A stretch of 64,000 nucleotides of DNA, from the IMG/VR virus record IMGVR_UViG_3300037010_004438. The stretch is one strand, 5' to 3'. Under the pieces are notes generated by a model that saw only the letters and a list, made by a program, of their open reading frames with translations, was not told the DNA's origin and did not search any database. The translations under genes were made by a program, and so were the position numbers. Shown piece by piece: positions 27,714-37,445 of this stretch. This DNA is from an uncultured virus (IMG/VR IMGVR_UViG_3300037010_004438). Taxonomy: Duplodnaviria > Heunggongvirae > Uroviricota > Caudoviricetes. The stretch's first letter is position 1, and each line of letters begins with the position of its first letter.

Positions 27714-28247
27714 ATGGCCGCCGAGAAAAAGAAAAAGAAGCGCGCCGCCGTTGCCGAGTGGGACATCGAGACCGAAGGTCCGATTCGCCTCGTCGAGGGC
27801 CCCTACCACCTCGACGAAGCGAGCTTCGAGGGGCTCGTCCGCCGCGACATCGTCTTCCTCGTCTTCTTCACCGTCCACTGGTGCACGCCCTGCACGCAGA
27901 TCGCCCCCCACATCCACGACCTCGCCATCGAGTCGAAGGGCAACTACTTCGTCGGCACGGTGGACGTCGAGCGCTGCCCCGCGCTCGTTCGAAGCGAGGA
28001 GATCGCCTGCGTGCCGACGACCGTCGTCTACGACAACGGCTTCGCGAAGGACCGCATCGTCGGCGCGAACACCTCCCTACCGCGCATCCGCAAGATGCTC
28101 CGCGACGTGCTCGCCATGCGGTCGGGCGTCGCCATGCGGTCGGGCGTCGCCATGCGGTCGGGCGTCGCCGAAAAGCCGAAGAAAAAGAAGAAGGAGGTGC
28201 AGGAGCCGACGGTCGAGACGTTCTCGTTGGAGGAGGAGCCTCTTTAG
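27714..28247 (+). CDS. Thioredoxin-like protein
   Basis: FFTVHWCTPC, VDVE, VPT cis-Pro; 3x18-bp AMRSGV repeat at 28113-28166. Confidence 0.85.
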   Translation: MAAEKKKKKRAAVAEWDIETEGPIRLVEGPYHLDEASFEGLVRRDIVFLVFFTVHWCTPCTQIAPHIHDLAIESKGNYFVGTVDVERCPALVRSEEIACVPTTVVYDNGFAKDRIVGANTSLPRIRKMLRDVLAMRSGVAMRSGVAMRSGVAEKPKKKKKEVQEPTVETFSLEEEPL

Positions 28248-28325
28248 CCTCTGGCCCTCCTGTCCACGTCCGCGCGCGTCGCCGAAGGCGGAGCGAGGAC
28301 TAGAAGGAACCTCGCGGTCATGACC

Positions 28326-28433
28326 TGCGAGGGCTCCTACGTCTGCGAGTGCTCCTACGTCTGCGAGGGCTCCTACGTCTGCGAGGGCTCCTACGTCTGC
28401 GAGGGCTCCTACGTCTGCGAGGGCTCTTACGTT
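28326..28433. repeat. 6 x 18-bp tandem repeat TGCGAGGGCTCCTACGTC
   Basis: Directly visible; no spacers. Confidence 0.9.
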
Positions 28434-28638
28434 CGCGAGGAGTGTCTCAACGACTTCGGGCAGGACGCCTCGCCTGGGAGCGTTCTGCCGATCTGCGAGC
28501 GCCGCCAAGCGATTGTCGAGCGCATCTTCGGGCCGCGCGCTCCACCGCCGAGCTGTCTCGACTTCCTGAAAGTTGGCGCCAGCGGCGCGACCAAATCAGG
28601 AAATTCCGAAAAAGCATTCGCATGGTACACTCGCCCAC

Positions 28639-28884
28639 ATGGGCGTCATCGCGTCGTTCTGGTACATCGAGGTAGCGTCGCTCGCGTGGTCGCACGACTC
28701 GCCGTACTGGTATCTCGACGCGCACGCGCGTTGGACCAACGATCGCACGGCCGCGAAGCTCTTCGCGAATCACGGCGAGGCGAAGGACGCCTACGCCGCG
28801 GCAAAAAAGACCTATCCGAAGGAAAAGCTGCGCCTCGTACACGTCACCGTGACTCGGAAGGTCAAAGGCGAGAGCGAGCGGTGA
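28639..28884 (+). CDS. Hypothetical protein
   Basis: TACACT upstream of the ATG; coding bias. Confidence 0.5.
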   Translation: MGVIASFWYIEVASLAWSHDSPYWYLDAHARWTNDRTAAKLFANHGEAKDAYAAAKKTYPKEKLRLVHVTVTRKVKGESER

Positions 28885-29049
28885 TCCTTCGGCGAAAGAG
28901 CGCGAGCACAAGTTCTTTCAGCGCGACCTCTCGACATCTCGTCGCGCGCGATGACTCATGGGCCATGCGCGCGGGGATGCCGAGCGACGACGAGTCGGAG
29001 GTCGCGCCCGCGTTTGGCGCCAGTACGGTGCAGGAGGCGCTCGACGCCA

Positions 29050-29709
29050 TCAAAGCGATTCTCTTCCCGCCGCCCTGAGGAGCCTTCGCTCCAGACGGTC
29101 CGCGATCTCGGGAGGGATCGATCCTCCCCTCTCCATCCGAACCGCCCACGCGAGATGCTCCGCTTCCCACTTGTTGAAGGGATGTCGGAGCACCTCGGCG
29201 GCGTGGAGGACGAGCCTTCGGCCGCGATCGAGCGCGAAGCCCGCGTCGACCAGTACCCAGCCGCGCCCCTTCGCGTAGACAAAGGAGTCGTCCTTGAATT
29301 CCGGAGGGCCGAACCCGTACGGCTTCATCGCCTCGACGATGGCCTTGTAGACGGTCCAGCGGTCGATCTTCGTCGGGCGGTAGCGCGATTCGGCGCGCAC
29401 GTGCTCACGTTCGAGGACCTCCTCATGCGCGTGCCATCGGCGAAAGCGGGCGACGTTCCTCCGCACCTCGGGGAGTGTCGAGGCGACGCGGAGAAACTCC
29501 GCCTCCTTTCGGACCGTCGACTCGCCCGGAAAGCGCGCGACCTTGAACGCTCGCCCTCTCGCGTCGGAAAAGACGATGCCCGTCGAGCCCATGCCGACGT
29601 AGTCGAGCGGCAGCGTCGCCCCGGCCCGCACCGCGCGCGTAAAGGCCTCGCGCCGCTCGGGTTTCAAGGGCAGGTCGTCGACGGTCCAGAGGTCCCCCGT
29701 CGCCGTCAT
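29050..29709 (-). CDS. Protein-kinase-like fold protein
   Basis: VGMGSTGIVF Gly-loop, AFKV, LVDAG; catalytic loop divergent. Confidence 0.55.
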   Translation of the reverse strand: MTATGDLWTVDDLPLKPERREAFTRAVRAGATLPLDYVGMGSTGIVFSDARGRAFKVARFPGESTVRKEAEFLRVASTLPEVRRNVARFRRWHAHEEVLEREHVRAESRYRPTKIDRWTVYKAIVEAMKPYGFGPPEFKDDSFVYAKGRGWVLVDAGFALDRGRRLVLHAAEVLRHPFNKWEAEHLAWAVRMERGGSIPPEIADRLERRLLRAAGRESL

Positions 29710-30038
29710 GCGAGCGACTTGAGGCGGAAGAGGATCTCGTTCAGCCCCACGTACCGCGCGAGGATGTTGCCGTGCTGGGTGATGAGCACGGTCGGCGTCG
29801 ACTGCACGCCGAGCGCCTTGACGACGGCGGGCGCGGCGGCCACGTCGACCTGCGCGACGTCGAATTTCCCCTGCCCGCTCACCGCGAGCTTCGCGATGAA
29901 GGGGCTGATCTGCTTGCAGGGCTGGCAGTGCTGTCCGTAGAACTCGATGACGAGCATCGGGTGTGAAGCGGCGACCTTCTCGAAGTTGGAGTCGGAAAGA
30001 TGAACGAGAGCCATGTCGATGGGTTCCTCCGACATCAA
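29706..30038 (-). CDS. Thioredoxin
   Basis: EFYGQHCQPC, VDV, STPT. Confidence 0.85.
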   Translation of the reverse strand: MMSEEPIDMALVHLSDSNFEKVAASHPMLVIEFYGQHCQPCKQISPFIAKLAVSGQGKFDVAQVDVAAAPAVVKALGVQSTPTVLITQHGNILARYVGLNEILFRLKSLA

Positions 30039-30561
30039 AGTCTATCACAGGAAGGCCAGTGCCCGTGCCCGTACCCGGCGCCGCCGAAGGCGGGCGCCGG
30101 GCAGGCCTCTCGCTCAGCGCTTCTCCGTCGCCCACCTTCGCAAGACCGGGATCCGAGGCGTTTACACCACCATTCGACCCGTGCCAAACCGCTGAAATCA
30201 GCCTTCGAGGACTTGAAGACTTCCCGTAAGCCGAACCATTCGGCTTTCGGGAAGTTCGCGTTTTTGTCCTTCGTTCCGCTCGCTGCTCCACGGCTCGCGC
30301 ACGGACGAGGGCGGGGGATGGCGTCGATTCTTGTCAGACTATTGCGCGCCGCCCCCTTACCGAGACGGCTTGCAACGAGCGCTCGTTTTACGATGCGAGC
30401 CAGACTTCATCGTCGGCGGCGTCCTCGCTCGGGGCGAGGCCTCCGTTGACGAAAGCCGCGGCGGGTCGTTTTCTTCTACCCATCTCGGCCTTCTGCTCTC
30501 ACGCACGGTCCTCGGATCGGGCGATGACGTCACAACACCCCCCGAGAGGAGTTCTGAATCC

Positions 30562-31056
30562 ATGGCCTTCGATCTGAGCTTCGGCTCTCTCAGCAGCGCT
30601 CGCGAGCGTCTCACCCGTCTGCGCGAGGGCGCGGCCGACAGCCAGGTGACCCGCGTCGCAAACGTCGGTGTCACCGCCGCTTCGGCGTTCGGCTTCGCGT
30701 GGCTGGAGACCCGCTTCAAGAACAAGCACCCGACGCTGGTCGCGCCGATGGGCGTCCCGGTCAGTGCCATCATCGGCACCGCTGCCCTCGCGGCCGCGGC
30801 GCTCGACTTCGGCTTCGGCTACGAGGACTACCTCGCCTCGATCAGCTCGGGCGCGTTCGCGTTCGTCGCCTCGTCGTACGGCGCGAACTGGGGCGCGAGC
30901 GCGGCGGCCAAGGAAGCGGCGGCCCTGCAGACCGCGGCCGCGCAGACCGCGGCCGCGAAGACCGCGGCCGCGAAGACCGAGGGCGTCCTGCCGGCGCCGG
31001 CGTTCCACATCTCGGCCCAGGACATGGCCGCGATGAACGCGCGCCGCGCGTACTGA
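30562..31056 (+). CDS. Ala-rich multi-TM protein, putative virion membrane protein
   Basis: AGGAG RBS; three hydrophobic segments; directly upstream of the capsid-like genes. Confidence 0.65.
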   Translation: MAFDLSFGSLSSARERLTRLREGAADSQVTRVANVGVTAASAFGFAWLETRFKNKHPTLVAPMGVPVSAIIGTAALAAAALDFGFGYEDYLASISSGAFAFVASSYGANWGASAAAKEAAALQTAAAQTAAAKTAAAKTEGVLPAPAFHISAQDMAAMNARRAY

Positions 31057-31155
31057 TCGGACCTCCAACGATCGCTCCCCCATCGGCAAGGGCCTGACCC
31101 TGTAGGCAGGCCTCCCCGAAACCCTCTTTCGCGACTTCACCCAAGGAAAGAACCC

Positions 31156-31725
31156 ATGAGCCTCATCGACAGCTTCGGCTCGAAGACCCCGGCGCAGGCC
31201 CCCAAGGCCGCGGTCGGCGCAAACCCCAACATCGCCCAGCTCATGGCCGGCACCGCGAACGCGTGCGCGCCGTCGGGCTGCGACTCGGCCCCGCCGGTCG
31301 CCGTCGGCCTGATCCTGAAGACCGATCCGCAGGGCGGACCGATCCCGTTCCCGTACAACGTCCCGGCCGGCGGCAAGGCCTCCCTCGTCGTCGCGCTCGA
31401 CGTCGACTTCAAGGGCGACGACCTGATGCTCGCCTCGGACCTCGATCCGGCGAACCCGGACCCGGACGGCCTGAAGTACCTGCAGGTCACCTCGTGGGCC
31501 TCGAACGGCATCCGCGACCAGAACCTCCTCGCCGAGACGGGCATCGGCGCCATCGCGTTCGACATCCGTGCGATGCGTCGCTTCGGGTTCGACACGGCGC
31601 CGACCGCCGCGCGCCAGCAGATCGTGATCGAGATCACCAACGTCGACCCCTTGAAGCCGCACACGGTGCAGGGCCTCATCGCCGGCACCTGTGGCGACTG
31701 CAACACAACCCGCCGCGGTCAGTGA
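31156..31725 (+). CDS. Putative single-jelly-roll capsid protein, paralog 1
   Basis: Eight alternating-hydrophobic strands; ALDVDFKGDDL, SNGIRDQNLL, RRFGFDT, C-terminal CGDC; strong codon bias. Confidence 0.6.
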   Translation: MSLIDSFGSKTPAQAPKAAVGANPNIAQLMAGTANACAPSGCDSAPPVAVGLILKTDPQGGPIPFPYNVPAGGKASLVVALDVDFKGDDLMLASDLDPANPDPDGLKYLQVTSWASNGIRDQNLLAETGIGAIAFDIRAMRRFGFDTAPTAARQQIVIEITNVDPLKPHTVQGLIAGTCGDCNTTRRGQ

Positions 31726-31836
31726 TCGGAAACGCGGTGAAGTCCGGCGCGTAAAGGCGGGGCAACGACGCCCCGCCCGCGCAGGAGAGACCCGCACCCA
31801 CCGCCTCGTCCTCTTCACCTCCCCCTGGAGAATCCC

Positions 31837-32421
31837 ATGTCGGACATCTCGTTCCCCGCGCCGAGCGCCGCCGTCGGCAGCAACAACCCCAACATCCCCC
31901 AGCTGATGGCCGGCACCGCGAACGCGTGCTCGCCCGCAGGCTGCGACTCGGCCCCGCCGGTCGCCGTCGGCCTCGTGCTGCGCGCCACGCCGCAGGGCGC
32001 GCCGATCGCGGCAATCCCCGCCGGCGGCAAGGGCTACCTCACGGTCGCCCTCGACGTCGACTTCAAGGGCGACGACCTCATGCTGTTCGCGAAGGCCAAG
32101 ACGACCGGAGCGTTCCCCGCCGTCGGCCTTCCGGCGACGTTCGATCCGCTCGGCGCGCTCGTCGTGACTTCGTGGCGCTCGAACGGCATCCGCGACGAGA
32201 ACCTGCTCGCCGAGACGGGCATCCCGGCGAAGGCGTTCGACATCACGTCGCTCCGCCGCTTCGGGTTCGACACCGCGCCGACGGCGGCGCGGCAGCAGAT
32301 CGTGGTCGAGATCGTGAACACGATCGACCCGGGCGCCGGCCTGGGCGACTTCGGAATCATGGTCGGCGGCGTCGTCGCCGGCACCTGCGGCGACTGCAAC
32401 ACGACCCGCCGCGGGCAGTGA
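31837..32421 (+). CDS. Putative single-jelly-roll capsid protein, paralog 2
   Basis: Same motifs as paralog 1 with two loop insertions. Confidence 0.6.
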   Translation: MSDISFPAPSAAVGSNNPNIPQLMAGTANACSPAGCDSAPPVAVGLVLRATPQGAPIAAIPAGGKGYLTVALDVDFKGDDLMLFAKAKTTGAFPAVGLPATFDPLGALVVTSWRSNGIRDENLLAETGIPAKAFDITSLRRFGFDTAPTAARQQIVVEIVNTIDPGAGLGDFGIMVGGVVAGTCGDCNTTRRGQ

Positions 32422-32436
32422 GCCCGTAGCCGTTCG

Positions 32437-32478
32437 AAGAAGGCGCCTCCTCCTGCTTTGGGGGACGGCGCCTTCTTT
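32437..32478 (+). terminator. Intrinsic terminator between paralogs 2 and 3
   Basis: AAGAAGGCGCC..GGCGCCTTCTTT. Confidence 0.65.
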
Positions 32479-32529
32479 GGATAGGCGCTTTGCCCGTTCC
32501 AACTTCTCCTGCCGACCGAGGATGACCCC

Positions 32530-33048
32530 ATGAGCAAAGGCCTCTTCGCCGCCTCCAAGGAGGCGAGCGCCGCCGTCGGCGGCAACCCGAACATCCGCGA
32601 GCTGATGCAGTCGACCGCGAACGCGCCGGTCGAGCACGGCGTGTGGAAGACGCCTCTGGTCGCCGTCGGCCTCGTCCTCCGCAGCTCGCCCCAGGGCGAG
32701 CCGCTCGTCCCCGCCGCGATCCCGATCGGCGGCACGGCCTACCTGACCGTGGCGCTCGACGTCGACTTCAAGGGCGACGACCTCATGCTCGCCGGCGACC
32801 TCGACAAGATCCAGGTCACGAGCTGGACGAGCAACGGCATCCGCGACCAGAACCTCCTCTCGGAGACGGGGCTGCCCGCCGAAGCGTTCTCGTTCAACAC
32901 CCTGCGCCGCTTCGGGTTCGACACCGCCCCGACGAGCGCGCGCCAGCAGATCGTCATCGAGGTCAAGAACCTCGACCTCGCGAACGTCGCACAGATCCGC
33001 GGCCTCGTCGCGGGCCAGTGCGGAGACTGCAACACGACCCGCCGCTGA
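32530..33048 (+). CDS. Putative single-jelly-roll capsid protein, paralog 3
   Basis: Same motifs, shortest loops. Confidence 0.6.
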   Translation: MSKGLFAASKEASAAVGGNPNIRELMQSTANAPVEHGVWKTPLVAVGLVLRSSPQGEPLVPAAIPIGGTAYLTVALDVDFKGDDLMLAGDLDKIQVTSWTSNGIRDQNLLSETGLPAEAFSFNTLRRFGFDTAPTSARQQIVIEVKNLDLANVAQIRGLVAGQCGDCNTTRR

Positions 33049-33259
33049 GTCGCCGCCTCGACGAGGCGGTACGGCGAAAGGCAAGGCCTCGAAGTTGCCC
33101 CGGGCCACGAGGCGCTTCGAGGCCTTTGTCGCTCGTTCTCCGCGGGGAGAGGGTTTTGAGACGGCGCGCGAGGGTTCCCATCCCCTCTCGGCAAGGGCCC
33201 TCCTCGCTCTCGCGCGCCGCCTCAAGACCTTCTCCGGAAATGTCCCGAAGGAGCACGCC

Positions 33260-33673
33260 GTGTTCTTCCCCCGCATCATGCTCACGCTGTTCAACGGCGA
33301 CTTCGACGCTCGCCTCGGCGAGCGCGCGATCTTCTTCTTGCTCGACGCGCTCGTGAAGATCGACATGGACTACCTCGACGCCCACCCGACGACCCCCGCG
33401 CTCTACGCGTCGGGCGTGCGCTACGAGCGTCAGAAGGGCGATCAGGAAGACTGGCACGACATCCCGACCGCCATCGCGACAGGCAAGACCGACTGCAAGG
33501 TCCTCGCGGCCTGGAGGATCGCGGAGCTGCGCCGTGCCGGGCACAAGGCCAAGCCCCACCTGATGCGCCAGCGATCCTCCGACGGCAAGTATCTCTACCA
33601 TGTGCAGGTCGAGTGGCCGGACGGACGCGTCGAGGATCCGAGCAAAATCTTGGGAATGACGTCCGCGTTCTGA
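33260..33673 (+). CDS. Transglutaminase-like Cys-His-Asp protein (candidate protease)
   Basis: AGGAG+GTG; TDCKVLAAWR, YHVQV, EDPS. Confidence 0.7.
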   Translation: MFFPRIMLTLFNGDFDARLGERAIFFLLDALVKIDMDYLDAHPTTPALYASGVRYERQKGDQEDWHDIPTAIATGKTDCKVLAAWRIAELRRAGHKAKPHLMRQRSSDGKYLYHVQVEWPDGRVEDPSKILGMTSAF

Positions 33674-33766
33674 CTTCCAGGAAGTCTCGCCGGCTCGCGC
33701 GCAGGACGCGGGCGGTTTTGAACTTCGATCGCGATCTCATGTAGACTGATCACCGAGAGGAACCTC

Positions 33767-35371
33767 ATGCCCATCATCCCCATCGCCATCTTCCTCGCGC
33801 TCGGCGCGGGAGTTTGGGCGCTGACGCGTAAGTCGGCGCCCGCCGCGTCCGCCGACGCCGGCGCGAAGACAAGCCCGCAGCTCGCGACCGGTCCGGGGTC
33901 GACGCCCGCCTCCACGGAGTCGACGCCCGCCTCCACGGAGTCGACGCCCGCCTCCGCGGGACCGGCGACCTTGAACCAGGCGCAGACCGGTCCGCAGGCG
34001 CTCTCGCGCGATCAGAAGATCGCGTTCTTCAAGCTCCTGCCGAGCCTCGTCGTCGTCGAGGACAAGAGCAAGGCGAGCTTCGACGCTGGGCGCCTCCGGC
34101 CGAAGGCCCAGCAGATCGCGTCGACGGAGAAGAGCGCGCCCGCGCTCGGCGTGGTCTACAAAGCCTCGATGTCCGGCCGATCAGTGCTCGTCGCGAAGGA
34201 CGGCGACGACACGATGATCGTCGTCCCCGCCGAAGGCGCGGAGAACGGGTTCGCGAAGCCCGGGAGCGACTGGTTCATCGTGCTCGCCCCCAACGAGGCC
34301 GACGCGATCGCGAAGGTGGCAGGGATCGACCCGGACAAGGTCGACGAGGCGGGCGCGCCGGTCGCGGGCGACGGAGCAGAGGGCAAGATGGCCTTCCGCC
34401 CGATCGCGGGCAACCCGTTCCGCAAGGGGGCTGTCTCGGCTGCGGCGACGAGCGCCGTCAAGACGATGGCGAGCGCGCTGAAGGCGGTCTCCGCCATCCT
34501 CATCGGCCCCGAGCACAACGACTACAAGCTCATCCAGGGGCCGCTCGGCGAGCAGGCCCGCGCCGCCGTGGATAGCAACTCCGCGGACGCCATCATCTTC
34601 GCCGCCGACGCGCTCGTGAATGGCGGCTACCTCATCGCCGGCAAGCAGCTCTTCGACCTCGCGCGCGGGCTCGGCTGGGCGCCGATCGACGACGACGCCG
34701 TGCACTTCCCGCTCATGACCGTCGACGAGGTCATGCACAGCCCCCACAAGCGTATTGCCTCGTTCGCGGCGGGCTCTCCGGGCGGAGTCTGGGACGTCGT
34801 TCAGGGCGCAGCAAACGCGGTCGGCAACGCCGGCAGCTCTTCGGGCGGAGTCTGGGACGTCGTTCAGGGCGCAGCAAACGCGGTCGGCAACGCCGGCAGC
34901 TCTTCGGGCGGAGTCTGGGACGTCGTTCAGGGCGCAGCAAACGCGGTCGGCAACGCCGGCAGCACCGGCAGCTCTCTGGGCGGAGTCTGGGACGTCGTTC
35001 AGGGCGCAGCAAACGCGGTCGGCAACGCCGGCAGCTCTCCGGGCGGATCGTCTTCGTCCGTGAACGGGCGCGAGGCCGGCCTGCTCCTCGCGCGCGATCG
35101 GGCGCTCTCCGGCATCGCCGCGGGCGACGATGCGGCGATGCTCCGCGCGGCCGCGGCCGCGGTCTTCCAAGCGGGCTACCAGACCGCTGCGGAGGACCTG
35201 AACGCGGCGACGAAGCTCGCGGGCGGCGCCGAGATCCCCGAGATCGGCCACAACCGCGCGATGGCGAAGGTTCGGCTGCTGCTCGGCAAAAACCGGGCGA
35301 TGGGGAAGGTTCGACGGCCGCTCGACAAGAACTGGTCGATGGGGAAGGTTCAACAGCCGTTCGGCAAGTAA
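33767..35371 (+). CDS. Large N-terminally membrane-anchored protein with 4 x 63-bp internal repeat (34781-35046)
   Basis: TM at residues 1-18; GGVWDVVQGAANAVGNAGSSS repeats; TTGAAC-N18-TAGACT upstream. Confidence 0.8.
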   Translation: MPIIPIAIFLALGAGVWALTRKSAPAASADAGAKTSPQLATGPGSTPASTESTPASTESTPASAGPATLNQAQTGPQALSRDQKIAFFKLLPSLVVVEDKSKASFDAGRLRPKAQQIASTEKSAPALGVVYKASMSGRSVLVAKDGDDTMIVVPAEGAENGFAKPGSDWFIVLAPNEADAIAKVAGIDPDKVDEAGAPVAGDGAEGKMAFRPIAGNPFRKGAVSAAATSAVKTMASALKAVSAILIGPEHNDYKLIQGPLGEQARAAVDSNSADAIIFAADALVNGGYLIAGKQLFDLARGLGWAPIDDDAVHFPLMTVDEVMHSPHKRIASFAAGSPGGVWDVVQGAANAVGNAGSSSGGVWDVVQGAANAVGNAGSSSGGVWDVVQGAANAVGNAGSTGSSLGGVWDVVQGAANAVGNAGSSPGGSSSSVNGREAGLLLARDRALSGIAAGDDAAMLRAAAAAVFQAGYQTAAEDLNAATKLAGGAEIPEIGHNRAMAKVRLLLGKNRAMGKVRRPLDKNWSMGKVQQPFGK

Positions 35372-35402
35372 CGCGGCAAGGGCCCCATCGAAGTGGGAGC
35401 CC

Positions 35403-35524
35403 GTCCACGCTTGCCTGCGCCGGCCGTAAGGCCGGCGCTTGGTTTTTGTGCTCCATCCGCTTGCTGATGTAGGGGAGGCTCTATTCTCAGCTCGCCGCTT
35501 CGCGGCTCGCAGGCGGACGTGGAC
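35403..35524. repeat. Composite hairpin element (copy G, reverse orientation)
   Basis: CTCGCCGCTTCGCGGCTCGCA at 35491-35511 is the exact reverse complement of the family arm. Confidence 0.8.
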
Positions 35525-35586
35525 CGGGCGCGCAATGGTCATGTTGAAATTGGAAGAAACCTCGCCTTCCAAGTAGAATCTGGCCC

Positions 35587-36504
35587 ATGCCCCCGCTCGC
35601 CCTCGTCGCCGCGCTTGGCGTCCTTGCCTTCCTCGCAGCCTCCCGCAAAGAGAGCGGCGTCATCGGCAAGACAGGCAACGAGGCGCTCTCGGGAGCTTTC
35701 GGACGTGCTGCGCCGCCTCCGACTTCCGGAAAGCCGCTCGCGCTCCCCGCCGCGCCGCAATCCGCCGCGCTCGGGTTCCAGTCTCTCGACGCCTCCGAGA
35801 AGGTTCAGCTCTTCTCCGAGCTGCCGAGGCGGCTGGTCATCGAAGGGGGAAAGGTCGACGGCGCCGAGGCCCTCTACTTCGAGAGCCGCCAGAAAAAACC
35901 GGCGAGCAAGAGCGCGCCTGCGCTCGACGTTCTCTACGGCGCCAACATGGGCGTCGGTCTCCCCGAGAAGCTCGCCATCCTCGTCGGCAAGGTTCCCGGC
36001 GGGCGCACAGTCATCCTCGCCGAGGGGAGCGGATGGCAGAAGCGCGTTCATCCGGGGAGCTTCTGGAACGTGTTTTTGAGGCCCGGGGAGGCCATGACCG
36101 TCGCCAAGGCGGCGAAGGTCCCCTACTCCTCGGCGGCGGTGGGGCTGCTCAGCAAGGGCGCCGCAGCCCTCCTCGATGCTCCCGGAAATCCCGTGGTCCG
36201 CACCTTCGTGCAGGGCGTCGAGGATCTCCACGCGCTGCTCACGCCCGTTGCGGGCTTCATCGACGAGACCTCGGAAGAGCGCGCGACGACGCCGGCAGAC
36301 CGCTTGCCCGACCCGCTCGCCGCCATCCGCGACGCCTACGCGAAGGCGAACGGCTTCTATCTCCAGAACGACGTCGACGGCGCGAAGTCTTTTGCTCCGT
36401 CCCTGGCCCCCGCCGTTCACCCTCTTCGCGAAGCGGGCTATGCTCTCGCGAGCGCGCAGGTCCAGGCACTTCTCGCGAAGGTAGGAGCCCCGATCGATGT
36501 CTGA
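35587..36504 (+). CDS. Membrane-anchored paralog of 33767
   Basis: Shares KSAPAL.V.Y and PGS.W...L.P.EA blocks. Confidence 0.8.
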   Translation: MPPLALVAALGVLAFLAASRKESGVIGKTGNEALSGAFGRAAPPPTSGKPLALPAAPQSAALGFQSLDASEKVQLFSELPRRLVIEGGKVDGAEALYFESRQKKPASKSAPALDVLYGANMGVGLPEKLAILVGKVPGGRTVILAEGSGWQKRVHPGSFWNVFLRPGEAMTVAKAAKVPYSSAAVGLLSKGAAALLDAPGNPVVRTFVQGVEDLHALLTPVAGFIDETSEERATTPADRLPDPLAAIRDAYAKANGFYLQNDVDGAKSFAPSLAPAVHPLREAGYALASAQVQALLAKVGAPIDV

Positions 36505-36573
36505 CGCCGCGCCGCAGGCGAGCAACGACGGGAGCGGGAGCGGGAGCGGGAGCGGGAGCGAGGGAGAAGAGAC

Positions 36574-36894
36574 ATGACTGAGAAAACGCCCATGCGATGG
36601 TCGCTCGGCAGCCGAGTGACGCTCGACGTCCTGCCGACGAAGGAGAAGCTCCCGAACGGCGACGAGCTGCTCTGCCTCTCGCTCATCATCAACACGCCGT
36701 GGGGTCCGCTCCGCAACGTCTCGACGGTCGGAAGCAAGACGCTCCGCGCGATGCTCGTCTGGGTCCGCAACAATTACGGCATGCTCGCCTACGACTTCGT
36801 CGCGGCGCGCCCGAGCCTCGCCGACCTCGTCCCGAGGGATCTGCCGGGCAAAAAACAGGGAGAGCCGCAGAGCCGCCGAGGAGGCGCGTCATGA
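36574..36894 (+). CDS. Hypothetical protein
   Basis: RBS; coding bias. Confidence 0.6.
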   Translation: MTEKTPMRWSLGSRVTLDVLPTKEKLPNGDELLCLSLIINTPWGPLRNVSTVGSKTLRAMLVWVRNNYGMLAYDFVAARPSLADLVPRDLPGKKQGEPQSRRGGAS

Positions 36895-37364
36895 AGCAGT
36901 GGCACTGGCTCGCGGGCGGCGCAGTGCTCCTCGGCGCCGCTTTCATCCTCAACAAGCGTGCCGCAGCGTCGGTCACCTTCAAGCCGCTGCCGGCGCCGAA
37001 ACCGACGGCGCCGAAGCCTGCTCCCGCCAAACCGGCCCCGACGCCGTCGCCGTCGCCGTCGCCCGCTCCGTCGCCGAAACCGGCGCCCGCCATCGACAAT
37101 CGCATCCCTCCGGTCATCCCCGGCTACGACACGATCACCGTGCCGTGCGATCCGGGCGGGGAGCTGAGCGTCTACGACTCGATCCAGGTCAAGCGGCTCA
37201 TCGACGCCTCCGGCGACCCGGACTACTTGCAGCAGATCGCAGCGTCGCTCTACGCGGCCTATCCATCCTGCACCGTGCTCGCGAGGCACGCCGAAGAGCG
37301 CGTGGAGGAGCTGCGCAGGCTGCAGGCGCAGCCGGCCGAGGAGCCCATGGGAGGGCTCACCTAA
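36891..37364 (+). CDS. TM-anchored Pro-rich protein with two-Cys helical C-terminal domain
   Basis: MKQWHWLAGGAVLLGAAFIL; PAP linker; PCDPGG..AAYPSC. Confidence 0.75.
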   Translation: MKQWHWLAGGAVLLGAAFILNKRAAASVTFKPLPAPKPTAPKPAPAKPAPTPSPSPSPAPSPKPAPAIDNRIPPVIPGYDTITVPCDPGGELSVYDSIQVKRLIDASGDPDYLQQIAASLYAAYPSCTVLARHAEERVEELRRLQAQPAEEPMGGLT

Positions 37365-37445
37365 AGCCTCGGAACCTCCCGCTCGCCCCGTTCACGACCG
37401 CGCGCCGGCGAAGGCGGCGCGAAGAGATTTCAAAGGAGACGGACC

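Noticed and set aside
30499..33366. 955-aa - strand ORF and similar long antisense ORFs (e.g. 20989-22434, 40996-42708, 44365-46464)
   Set aside because: Shadow ORFs caused by high GC3 on the opposite coding strand; Arg/Ala-rich with no motifs.
34781..35046. CRISPR-like 63-bp periodicity
   Set aside because: Whole units are near-identical and in frame within a CDS; no unique spacers.
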